A stretch of DNA of 64,000 bases from Trichinella spiralis (Eukaryota), in NCBI RefSeq assembly GCF_000181795.1, contig NW_003526941.1, forward strand, positions 9,048,037 to 9,112,036, in the 5' to 3' direction. Shown one piece after another: positions 15,821 through 28,799 of the stretch. The translations under genes were made by a program, and so were the position numbers. The stretch's first letter is position 1. Every line of letters begins with the position of its first letter. The notes under the pieces are model-generated. The model ran no database searches, was not told where the DNA came from, and saw only the letters and a list, made by a program, of their open reading frames with translations.

Positions 15821-18800
15821 TTATTCGCTTCCTTTAAACGTGCTCTACTATGTCTCAGCGTGTGTGTGTGTACGTGTGTTTTTTCCGGTTTTGCATACTC
15901 TTTTCCCAACAGCATTCATTTCAACACCAAATCATGACAATGCAAACGTGTATAAGTGGACAAATTTTGATTTTCTTTCAACTATATCACTCATTCAGCA
16001 TGATTTAGAAATAAATTTAACAACAACAACACAAATTCATCCCTTTTCTGCCGTGTACTTTTACTCATCATCAACAACCCCCGTATATAATATTCGCACA
16101 TGGCTCACGCATATTGCGAACATCTCTGACAAATCAGTATTTGCAACATCATTTTCCGAGATGATGCAAAATTCCAAGTTTAATAACTTATAAATTAACT
16201 GATTCTTTTTTTTTCTTCGTCACTTTCAATAGCACACATCCTGCATGCTCTGATTTGAGAAAACAACTCTTACTTTTCCATGCTTCTTTTTTTTGCCCAA
16301 TATGTCACAATTTCTCATAACATTCAATTAATTCAAATTTTGCATGAAATGTCCATGTTGTACTTATCTTTTTTCCCCTCCTTTTTTTTAAAAAACAGTT
16401 ATAACTGACAATCATAATAAAATAAATGCACTAAATAAAGTCATAAAAATTAAAGTATGCTAAATTGTCCAATGTTGACAAATTCTGATGAAAATAAATA
16501 AATAGCTTTTCACATGTCATTAGTTTAACTAAACCAACAAGCATACATCATCATCACACACACAACTTACAACAAGTCAGGGTATTTTGCCATTCGATGT
16601 GGAAGAACAATGGAAAAGTTTCACAAGCTGCATGCATTTTCAACAAAATAACAAACCGCCCAAGCAAGCCAATTACAACATTTGGGCACTTTTTTTCGCT
16701 AATTTTGCAATTAAAAAAAAATTAACGATTAATAGTATTAAGCTTTCTTCTCTGAAAAGCACAGATGTTCTTCTCTTGCACAGCATGCCAATATTTAAAT
16801 GCTCAGTTTAAAAATAAAACTAAGATGAAAAAGAGACTTGATGAATCACTTTGTACACAACAACATATAGCAATACAAAAAGGCAACGGCGATTCTACAG
16901 TGAACTTAAATTTCACTTCCTTATTCCGGATATATTTGATCCCCCAAAATTGTAAACTTCATTACTACTACTACTAGTACTACTTTAATTGTGCAGTGAT
17001 GGAGAATTTTTTTTTAATATCATAATATCTGTCCTGAATCAAAAAATAAATAAATAAATAAATTTTTTTCAACTCAAACATATAATTGCAAATGACACGT
17101 GAATCGATATTTTTTTCTTTCCGATATTAAAGTATTCACTGTAGTTGTGCAATTTTATATAATAAAAGCTGGCATTTCGGAAGCAAATCGAACCTCGAAT
17201 GTCAAAACACTGAACTTTTTATCAACAAAATGGCACTCAATGCCCCAATCCCTGGACAATAAAAACTGAACTTGCAAAAAGCAATTTGACGAATTAAAAA
17301 CGCTTCAAAATGATTTACAAAGAACACTTATTTCAGTTAAAAAATCAAAAATTAAAAATAAAAATTTATTTATATTCATCATTTCCATTTTTTCTCCTCT
17401 TTACAACCTATTTATATGGCTCGAGAAGTCACCGAGTCTTTTCAAAGCTGCATAATGATTTTCATTATTTTACAAAAATAAAAAAAATTCAACAATAATT
17501 GATTGAAGCATTCAATTTTTTCGCTTTCTTAAAATATGTAATCTTTTGTCGAGAATATTTTTAAAAAATAGATGAATGAAAGCTTGCTTTCCAAGAAAGA
17601 AGACAAATCAAAAATTGCATTACCTGAAGCGACAATCATTTAAGCAAGAAAAAGGATTGAACTAAATGCCTTTTACGCAGCAGTGCTAATGTGTGGCTTT
17701 GAAACGAACCTGCCAGCCAAGTTTTGCTCTGAATAAAATTAAAAATAATCAAAAAATCAAACCGCACCCGTCTACACGATTGCATCTTGATTTTATTTAC
17801 TGTAAAAAATACAGTAACAGTTCAACTGCAATTTTGTTAACTGTATTTAAATTTAGTTGCGCTTGTTTTTTGCATTTCGTTCAAAACAAAAAATTGAAAA
17901 CATATTCACAACCTTTTCCATTGGAAATTTGAAAAATATTCGTTTTTAAAAACTGAAACAATCATTGAAAACGACAAATCCATCTAATGCGATCAAACTG
18001 ACTGACCGATCAACTATTTTCGACAGGTTAAAAGGCAGACATTTTCTTCTTGCGGACACATCGAAAGTTTTTTTTTGAAAGAGAAGAAAGAAACCCACAA
18101 GTCGTGATTTTTCCTAATTGAATAATGCAATCAAAATACAAGAACAATGAACTGCGTCCAAATGGCCAACTTCAGATATTTATATCCCACGGCGGCAATT
18201 GATAATAAGCATGCTAAGCAAAGTTGACGAGAGAGAATGTAGAGAGAAAGTGAATCAAAAGAAAAGGAAAATGAAATCTCATGTTCAAATATAAAATACG
18301 CTCAGTAAAAATTATCACTCTGCTTATGATCATAATTTCACAAGAAATGGAACAAATTCATGCAAAAACTTGACAAATACTGAATCACTTACCGGGATCA
18401 TTGGATGACAATGCAACAGCCATGCGCAAACCATATACGGCAATGCAATATACCAAATACAATACAATACAGCTTATACCATGCACAATTTTCTTGCTTC
18501 AATTGCCCATTTATTATTTCGGCAATATTCTATAAAAAGTGAAAAATAAATTATTATCATTCTTTCCTTTTTCAAAAATGAATAATCCATTTTAAAATTG
18601 TCATACAAAAATTGTTCTTCCTTATTATCTTCTTCAAATCAAAACTTTGTATTATTATCATTATTGCTGTAAAATATATCGGATGCATAGTCTTGATCGC
18701 AGATTCGTCTCATCGCATGCTCTTTTATGCAATGTCATCTTGCTTCTTCCACGCCACCAACCTACTTTTTGTCAGTCATGGTTACCAAAAATAAAAAAAA

Positions 18801-19006
18801 AACAAAACGTCAAATTATGCAAAATTTACTTGCAATAAAAATAATCAAAAGTCATTTTTATGCACACACTTTTTAATCGGATGAATACAATTTCAACTGC
18901 TGATAGTGGTGATACATTTTTGATTAATTCAATATTATCGGAAGAAAGAATAAAAACGGTAATAACACTTGATTGATTTTTTCAACTGGTCACGGCAAAA
19001 ATATTT

Positions 19007-20889
19007 TCACGAAATTCCCCAGAACCACTGAAAATTTAAAAAATGAATTATTTTCAACAGTTGTGTAAAAGTTGGGGAAAAGGAGAAAAAAAAATGCTAC
19101 CGCTTCTTTGCTAGCCGTGACGACGTGAAAGGATTTTTTGCCGCACAATACTCGGGAACAAGCATTGTCATGTGGACCGGGATAACTCAACATTGGAAAC
19201 AGCTGTACACAGTTGGTCGAATTTGGCGAGACCTTCACATCCCAAAGGAACAATTTCCCATCTTGAGACCCTGGACATCAATTGTAAACAAACAAATAAT
19301 ATCAATGAGATTGTTCTCCAATATTTGCATAATCACAGCTCATTCGATGAAAATATTACCCGAGATTACAGTAGTCGAATTTGATGCAAACGATGAATCG
19401 ATCTTCAACTTGGCACTATTCCTGTGACCCTGTTGACAAACAAACAAAACGTTCAGCTTGATCAACATGAAATTCAATGCTAATTTGACTGACCATCAGT
19501 TTCGCAACTTCAGTTCCACTTTTTGTACTGATCAACCGATTCTCCAAGCCGTCGGTGCAGATGAGTAAAAATTTTTTATTTGGAGAAAATTGAATGCTTG
19601 TCCAGATTTCATTCGGATTCGCCTTTTTTATGACACTACGGCTAAATGGACCCTGTAAAAAATCATCCATTGTGTTACAAGATTATCGAACAAATAAACA
19701 AATAGACATAACACAGGTATGTACAGTATTACATGGTAAATATTCAAAAAAAATAAAATACCTCCGAGTAACATTTTCGAATATCGAACAGTGATACTTC
19801 ACCAGCCTGATTGCATGTGGCCAAAACTTCAAATTCATCGTTCAACGTAGCCAACGGGTGGACGCCAGCTTCCAATGCAGCCTGAAATTTTAATAAACAA
19901 ACAAACAAATAAACAAAATTGAAACTTTTGCAACTTTACAATTGGCGACCTATCCCGGTCGTCCCAAAATACAACGCTTCGATCTTTCGACGATGACGCG
20001 AAAAAATGAGGAATAGCCGGTGATGAAGAAATCGACAAAACTCTACAATAATCGACCGACATTGTACAACATGCTCAATGAAACAATCAAAAAAAGATAA
20101 TTACTTTGCTTGATGCAACTGGAAATAACGAACATAAGATGACTTATCCAAATTCATCAAGCGTATTTTGTCTATAAATGAAAGTATAGTTAGATATATA
20201 ATAATTGCGTTCATTATGAATTCTGTTACCATCAACTTTGGAAGATGAATGCACAATGTGCATAGAGTCGTTCATAAATTTTATAATGCCGCAACCGTAT
20301 TTGTCAGAATTCAAAGTATCTTCACTTCTAGAAAAAACAAATTTTCAACTACTTTTGCAAATATATTCAACTTGGTAAAATTCACTAATGAAAACAAACA
20401 ACACTTGTACATTTCGGCTCGCATTTTCACGTAAGAAATTAATCCTTCTGCATCGCAGAAAACCATATTTGTTTCAGAGTAATCAAAATCCATGGCCGAA
20501 ATTTCAAACTCATGCTGCACAATCAACTTCTGCGGATGCAGACCAGCCAGTGCTGCTCTATCCAGTCCGCAAACCGAGTATTGTATTACTGGCTCGAGAA
20601 CTTAAAAAATACAACTTTTATTTAAATAAAAAAAACAAGACTAATTAAAATAAATTACAATGTTATCAATTACAAAATTGCACGTTCTCATGTAAAATAT
20701 CAATAATTTAAAGACCAACAATAGAAAATAATCTGTTTAATTGAAAAATCGATCAATGTTCAAGAACAGCCAAGAAACCGAATCAAAGAAGAAAATAAAT
20801 TTATTATCCCTAAATGAGAACACATGTGCTTCCGAAAATATTACAATAAAAAGAAAAAAGCTAAACTCACCAGGATCAGACGTCTCCAT
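19007..20889 (-). CDS. WD40-repeat protein, divergent WDR82/Swd2-like, multi-exon
   Basis: Exon fragments ISAMDFDYSETNMVFC, FASSSKDRSVVFWD, GPF...WTSIQFSPNKKFLLICT, GHRN...IDSSF, LFLWD follow the order of the WDR82 repeats. ATG followed by a GTGAGT donor at about 20889-20870. Confidence 0.65.
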
Positions 20890-21348
20890 TGCAAATTTGG
20901 TAATAGAAAAAAATTTCGAATCATACTGTAAATAAATGCTCAGGATTGAATATTACAATTGAGCATCAATTTGATCATTTTTTTATAACTATTGAAATTT
21001 TATTTTTAAAGTGTAAAATTTGATTACCATTTATTTACAATGTTTATTCAAAAATGATGATGATGCATTAATTGCATTTAACGGCAACAATTTTATTTAT
21101 GCTTCAAACAGTTACGTTAAAATTGGAAAATTCGAATTCGAAAGAATTTTGTGCGCTGGTTGTTTACCTTTGCATGTCCAACATCGTTCGTTAAATTAAC
21201 AAATTTTTAAAGATAAAAAATAAAACTTTGTTAAAAGAAATAAACTTCGATAAAAATACAAAAGTATAAAATACAAATCACAGTAGGAAAAAAACAGCAA
21301 AAAGCAATTTAAAATTTTATTTCACATCAACCAACGACTGAAACACAA

Positions 21349-21744
21349 TCAAGCTGCACTCCCTTGAGCATCCATGTACTGTTTCAAAAGCTCAAGTGCA
21401 GGAGTCTCTTCGCCATAGTCCTTCACAACAACGCAGCTGCATTTCACCACTTTCCGAGGTTGGCTGCCTTTATCAAATTTGCACAAACCAACATAATGCC
21501 CAAGCGACATTTTATCATCAACACAAATGAGAGGAATTTTATGCGAAGCGCACAGTGCTTTCACAAGTTTAACGTACATCTCTTCGTCACAATTATCCGC
21601 AAGAACGCACAGATGTGCCTGCCTTTTGTCCAAAGCTTTGACAGCTTCACGAAGACCTTTGGCTAAACCGTCGTGTGCGTTAGCAATACGCAAAACTTCG
21701 CGCAGCCATGAAATATAATCGCCAGTAGACGCGGATTCTTCCAT
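21349..21744 (-). CDS. RPS12: 40S ribosomal protein S12 (eS12)
   Basis: [36 protein letters not shown]...[29 protein letters not shown] has no intron. Confidence 0.97.
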   Translation of the reverse strand: MEESASTGDYISWLREVLRIANAHDGLAKGLREAVKALDKRQAHLCVLADNCDEEMYVKLVKALCASHKIPLICVDDKMSLGHYVGLCKFDKGSQPRKVVKCSCVVVKDYGEETPALELLKQYMDAQGSAA

Positions 21745-22804
21745 GATATAAAGTACTGAAATTAGAAGGCTAAAAAACAGAATTAATTAAAAACAAAAAT
21801 AATTCACCTGTCCGATGAAAAGTAAGAATTACCTGAACAGCTAACACGCCAAGGCAACTATTACAAATGTGAAAATCAAGTATTATTCATAAGCAAACTG
21901 TATATACGAATGAAATGAAATTCTGTTTCACAAATTGATGAATAATAAATTGATATTTCATTTAATTGACACATAATAATCACATATTTTAATAAAATTT
22001 AAAAAGCACCAACAAAATGTAGATGATATCAAGTAACAGATTTCTACTTTAAAAATTGGAAAACTGTTATGCTAAAAAGTGCATAATTCAAGGATGTACA
22101 GTTTTGAATAGTGAATTGAAATATTAAAAAATTAAAAACAAGTTTACTTGAATACGGTAAAGGGAGAATTAGTAAGTAATAGTAGTAAAACGTTTTTACA
22201 TCATATCAGATTTCTCAGTGCTCAAACTATGCATTTGCTTAAATTATATACTGAATTACTTAAATTGTGCATTACCTTTAATAAAATAATCTACAATAAG
22301 TTTAGATACGCACATTTTACCAAAGAATATTAGAGCCCATTATACTTATCAATACTTATATTATTACAGTACCCTAACAATAGCGAATTCTATGAAATAA
22401 ATAAATAGATGGCTTAAATGCAAATGGTAGTAAATCGCAATAAATTAAAAGAAAACCAATAAATTATATTCAATTCTTTTCACCAGGCCTTATTCACCGG
22501 AAAACTGGAAATTAAAATACTGCATTTTCAGACTGTAGCACACAATAATTACACGTTAACTGTGGAAAGTATCATAAAAAAACAAAAAGTAATACAACAA
22601 ATTGAATAATTCAACTTTACTAATAAATTTAAACTTAAGTCACTGATACTGGATATACATGTATTCATAATTTCTTCTTATAAAACCATATAGACTTTGC
22701 TGCAAGATACAGGTAATACTAACATAAAACAAATTTTATAAAATGTCTAAACATATTGGGATGGATATTGAATTTCATAAATATGCTAACTTTGAGAAAT
22801 ATGT

Positions 22805-23375
22805 TTATGCAGCTTTTCCTCCAGTCGGTGGAGCTCCTGGAACAGCTGGATTCTTTTTTCCGATCAAAGAACGATGGATATGAGGAATTACACCTGAAAT
22901 TTTAAAATAACAAATTCTAATAATACACCTGGAATTAAACGTACCTCCTCCTGCAATAGTAGCTTTGATCAAAGTGTCCAATTCTTCGTCGCCGCGAATC
23001 GCCAAATGTAAATGACGAGGAGTTATACGCTTCACTTTCAAATCTTTTGATGCATTTCCAGCCAATTCCAGCACCTGTAAAAATACATTACAACAGTATT
23101 GTTTATATAAATTCAAGTTTAACCTCAGCAGTAAGATATTCCAAAATTGCAGCTGAGTAAACGGCCGCAGTTGCCCCAACACGTCCGTGAGATGTTGTTC
23201 TTTGTTTCAAAAATCGATGAATTCTTCCTACAGGAAATTGCAATCCTGCGCGAGCGCTTCGCGACATTGCTTTAGTTCGTGATTTTCCAGTATCTTTTCC
23301 AGCTTTTCCAGCAGCCTATAATATAGTTTTACTCAAAAAAGATTCAAAACTAACAATTAACAAATCACCAACCAT
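22805..23375 (-). CDS. H2AZ: Histone variant H2A.Z (4 coding exons; first is ATG only)
   Basis: [64 protein letters not shown] / [43 protein letters not shown] / [14 protein letters not shown]. Confidence 0.97.
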
Positions 23376-24584
23376 TTCGACGTTAGTAACGATGAAGACT
23401 AAAAGACGATATTTCGCTTCGTCACTTATAGATGACGCTGACCTTCAAAATGTACCTGATTATCATGACCTATATTTTCTATTTCAAATTTTTAAATCTT
23501 CCTTCATTAATTACAATATAAATCGAAATTTATATCAGTTCAGTATTAAGTTATTAATTTATTATTAAAATAATAACCTTTAGAAACGGTGAACGTTCTG
23601 TTTTATTCTCGTATTCTTACTGTAGATTTATGCGTATACTTATTAAATACTGTAAAATTCGTATTACTTGATCAATTTATTAAACTTCAGCGTACTAGAA
23701 ACTGATGCAATTTTTCAAAAAGGCAGTTAAACGATTAATAAATTAATAATTATAATGTGACTCACGTTACACATAAAAATACTAAAATCACCAAAATTTC
23801 ATCGTGATATTATTTTAAAAAAGTTTATAATTATTCTATCTGAAAATTAATCATTTTCTTAAAAGCTAAAATTTAATAAAAATTTTATCACATTTATATA
23901 TTCCTTAAGATTTTAACATATATATATATGTTTGCCATGCAGTACGTTTATAGCAATTTCTAAAAGTATTGGTGGACTGAACTAAATAATTGAACCTGAA
24001 AATTATTATAAATTATGTAAGTCACAGTTCCTCACACACAGGACAGTAAAATTTGAAATTTTGTAAAATGTTGAAATGAAGTTAGTTTTAAATTGAAGTG
24101 AAAATCATAAATTTGTAAATTTTAATTTCATTATTGTGGTTTATAAAAAAACTTATCGACTTGTATTATTTTGTTTTAATTTTTAGCTTTTTTTTTACCA
24201 ATTCTACACTCTATCAGCTATTTTCGCGCAAAAAAATAAGAATAAAAGCCAAAAATCAGACAATTAAAAATTATATGCGCTGAGAAAAACAGAGTAATCA
24301 TTGAAAACAAAATTTAAAACAGATTTGAAAAGTTTCATTTATTTACCATTGTAAGCTGCGCTCGACGACAGGCGAGTATCAGAAACAAATTTTTCGTTCT
24401 TCTTTTCTCATGTTGCAATTGTAATATTTTCAAATTTATTATTCGTAACGTTTTCAAATAATCTAAATCAACACACTGACAACGAAATACTGGAATATTA
24501 AAAGGATAAAATGTAAAGAATTAATACAAAAAATTTTCTGTTTACAATTCTGATAAGAAGATATTCACTCACCATGTGAAATTG

Positions 24585-25968
24585 TCACTGATTCCAGGAA
24601 GAAAATGTTCTTTTGAAATGATAAACTGCTGGATATAGACCGCCTATGTTGATGTGACATAACTTGCGACAGTCAAAGTAATTGTTAACTCTCATGCAAC
24701 TACGAGCGAGCGTCGATTTGTCGTTGGTAACGAGGCACGCCCTGCCGGTACCAATTTTCAGCACACGTGCGAATTCACTCAACAGAGCAGGATATAGAAT
24801 TTGGTTGCTTCTCACCGATCCACTTCTTCTACCATAGGGAAGATCCGTAACGATGCAATCAATGCTTGCCGTAGTCAACGGCAATTTGGTAGCATTCCAA
24901 CGTTGAATGCTAATTATTGCACTGGTGGAATGTTGGAGTGTGAAAAAATTTTTCACATTTGTTTCGCAGCGTTTCAAAGCTCGACAATTCGAATCACCGG
25001 CAAGCAGGATGCACTTTGGCCAACAGTGTGCAGCTTCTAAAATTATAGCTCCCGTGCCGCACATAGGATCGCAGATAATTTCTGAAATTTTGAAAAATAC
25101 ATTGCACAAATTCACAAATAATAAAAACTGATGATACTATTACCGTAATTCTGGATTTCGCATAAATAAAGTATACCATAGCAAATTGTTGCTTTCATTG
25201 TCGTCGAACCAAAGCAAATCAAATTCCGCAAAGCCAAACACTTCTTAGTCAATGCTAGGCTGACTCGAACCTGGCTGCCGCTAATGCGAACAATCACTTC
25301 AATATCAAAATTGACTAAATCTACAGTCCATTGAAATTTTGCTTGAACAACACCGCCAAAGCTGCTGGCAGCTTCCATAGAAGTGAAAGGATGTTCTCCT
25401 CCGGACCGTTGGCAGGATACTCGAAACTTCGGTACAAATGATTCATTTTTGAAACTTGCTTCGCCACCGTCAACAGCGCTTTGCCAAACTTCAATGCCTT
25501 TATTCCAACAAGCTTCTTGAACAAGAGCATTCAAATTATTCAAAGCTTCTCCCTGAAACAGATTCGTTTAAAAAATAAAACGAAAACTTTAAATTAAATA
25601 AATTCTATTAAAATTCCTAAAAGTAAACGATTCAAAAAAAATAAAAGAATACTTTTTCAAGATTTTCAATGCTGCATTCCGCTTTGTCCAAAATAACCAC
25701 GTTAATGTGATTAACTGAACGTAAACAAAGTACCTAAGTTGAAACAGAACAATTAAGTTTACAAAACAGATAACTAACTATACATGCGTTTTTTTGTAAT
25801 TTAAACCTTTTTAACATCAACATCATCAGAAATAGAAAAGACAATATGACCACGTTCTTTGTTAGCAAGATTGCATTGAAGTTTAGCTTGCACTTCCAGA
25901 ATTGCAATTTCTTCCATACCGCTCGCGACAGTTCCTTCGAATGTACGCAAGCTACATTCTGTATTCAT
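24585..25968 (-). CDS. THUMP-domain tRNA m2G methyltransferase (THUMPD3/THUMPD2 family), multi-exon
   Basis: N-terminal TVASGMEEIA; THUMP-type FRVSCQRSGGEHPFTSMEAASSFGG; methyltransferase motifs CDPMCGTGAI and DCIVTDLPYGRR. Confidence 0.88.
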
Positions 25969-26989
25969 TTTTAATTAAATTCTAATTAAAAACACAAAAA
26001 TTATTATTCATCATGAAATGTTGTCTACACAGTGTGTTTAAATATTTTAAGGGAAAAATTCAATTCGTGGTCAATTTGAAAACTTTTCACAAAAACAGAA
26101 GATGAACAATTTACACTTTTATTAATTCACGCAGCGTCATAGAATCAAAATTAAACATTCATTATTACAATTAATAACACTATAAAGTGTATACCAAATT
26201 TAAACAATACGTCATATTACAGTAGGAATAAAAATAAAGATTCAATGCGCATTATGTTTTACTCAAGAAAAGTGCTACATAAACTTCAATAATAGAAATT
26301 ATTTAATCATTGTTTTATTGTAAATGTATAACATTTTGAATTTAAAAAGACATACATATTGAAATAGAAGATTACTGAAATTTAAACAGCATTAATAAAG
26401 TCAATGTATTATTTGGCATATATTATGAGATTTCAGATGGTAAAAAATTCAATTGAATATATATTTTTTCATTGCAACTTTATAAGGTACTTGAAAGTTG
26501 TCCATACTGTAAATTTGTAGTCACTGATGTTGCAGATTGAGCATTTGAGGTGGCTTCAGTTTGGCATGTCATTTTACGTGGAACATTTTCTTCCATTTCC
26601 AAATTGATAAACATTCTTAAAGTCAATAATACTTCATTTGCTATTTAGTTTTGGTGCTTTTGCATTTGCACTCTTTTTGCAATTTTGCACAGATGAAAAA
26701 TGAAAATTGCAACGAAACAAGTTTCGAAGCATCACATTTGTTGTCAACAAGCTATTTTCAGTTTATCATATTTTAAATCAACAAACGGATTCAATTTGTC
26801 TTTTTTCTTGACAGTCCCACTCGTCTTTCATCGATGCTAGCAAGTTAGTTTGAATTTGTTCAGTGGTGAAATTGGACACTTTGCTTGTTGGCTGTGGTGT
26901 AGTTTTCGACGCGTTGCACCAAATTTTTCCAACATAAATTTTGCTTGTTTATGATTATTATTATTAATATGCTTTTAGTGTACACAAAA

Positions 26990-28493
26990 ATGTTGTTTCG
27001 TTGGTCGTCTGCAGGTTCATTTTTTGTGCACAAACGTTCGCTGCAATCACTGCAGATGGTCTATGCCGAATATGGGGATCCGTCGAAAGTTCTTCACGAA
27101 CGTACGGAAGAGTTGAAGCCGCTGTCCAAAGGTGAAGTGAGGTACAAAATGCTGGCCGCGTCCATCAATCCGTCCGACATCAACCAAGTGCAAGGGGTCT
27201 ATCCGGTGAAGCCGCCGTTGCCAGCAGTGGGCGGTGGCGACTGCGTGATGAAGATCGAAGAACTGGGTCCGGAGGTGAAAGAGTTTCAAGTGGGCGACTG
27301 GGCTATACCGTCGCATCCGGGTTTTGGCGCCTGGCGCACCTGTGGCATCACCACGCCCGACCACTTGATCAAAGTGAACAACAAACTTCCGGCCCAGTAT
27401 GCGGCAACGTTGTCGGTGAATCCAAGCACCGCCTACCGTATGCTCAAAGACTATGTCAAACTGGGACCAGGCGATGCGGTGCTGCAAAACGGGGCCAACA
27501 GTGCCGTCGGCCAACTGATCATCCAGTTGGCCCGCCATTTTGGACACAAGACAGTCAACATTATCAGAGATAAAAACGACGGTGGAAAAACTGCCGAATA
27601 TTTGCGCAGTCTTGGAGCTGATCACGTCGTCATTGACACTCAATTCAAGGTAATGTAAAAAATTATAAGCAGACGAAATTTCAATGATAATAATCAAATG
27701 AATTTTATGAAATTTACAACATCTGTTTCATTCAGAGATGACGACAACAACATCGGTTTAGTCCATTAAGGTCTAGAAATAAATTATCTGATCAATAATT
27801 ATTTATTGAAAACTGGTATTTGAAGCATGTCAACATTTTCAACTTTGAAAATTCATCTTCTGCTTATATATATTACTTTATTTATTATTTTTAAATAATA
27901 TTGTTGCGTTCAAAAATATCTATATCACTGAGTCAATCAATCACCTAATTATAATATACATACGACAAACCAACTGTTGAAGAAAAGGTTTTGTGCAAAA
28001 ATTGAAAACGTTAAAATATTTTTACATAATTTGCATTTTTCCATATGATTAATGTTTAAAGTGAATCCATTAAGTTTTTTTTCTTTGGTTACCTTTTCAG
28101 GACGAAAGTAAACGCATATTTGGACAACTCGGACCACCGAAATTGGCGTTGAACTGCGTTTCAGGCAGAAGTACGTTGTACTTGGCCGGCGCCCTGGCTG
28201 CCGGCGGAAAGCTGGTCACGTACGGCGGCATGTCGAAACAAGCGTTGCAAATTCCATCTGGTGCGTTGATTTTCAAGCACATCCAAGTGTTGGGATTTTG
28301 GCTAACCGACTGGGATCAGAAGCCGGAAAATCGCCAGCAGCGTATTCAAATGTTGGATGAATTGTCTGAATTGGCGTTGAGTGGCAAATTGAAAATGCCG
28401 CTTTACGAATCGGTACCTTTCAAAGATTTTCGACGTGCAATGGAAGAATCTTTGACCGGCACAGGAAAAAAGAAAATGCTCGTTTTCGATTAA
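26990..28493 (+). CDS. MECR: Mitochondrial trans-2-enoyl-CoA/ACP reductase; exons 26990-27649 and 28101-28493
   Basis: INPSDINQVQGVYP, VNPSTAYRML, QNGANSAVGQ, LALNCVSG, LVTYGGMSK, GFW motifs of the MECR/Etr1 family. Confidence 0.94.
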
Positions 28494-28799
28494 CAATTTG
28501 AAAAGCCAAAAAAACCCACATCCCTCATATTCAAAAATGCTTTCTTAACCGTAGTTGTTTGTAGCTTTTCAATTTGATTCTTTTTTTTGTTTACAGTGAA
28601 TCGAATCTTACTGCTCAGGTTGACCGACAAGGCTGATTGATCCATCATCATACTTTTTTAGCTCAAAATTCACATTCAGGCGTAGGAGAATGATTTGTGT
28701 AAAATTAATGATTATGCTAAGTAAAAAAACCTAATTTATTGATGATATTTATGCATAAATTTACTTGTTTCTATTATTATTAAAACAAACGCGGAACAA

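Noticed and set aside
27047..27697. 216-aa antisense ORF over MECR exon 1
   Set aside because: Mirror frame of a real gene, a common codon-bias artefact.
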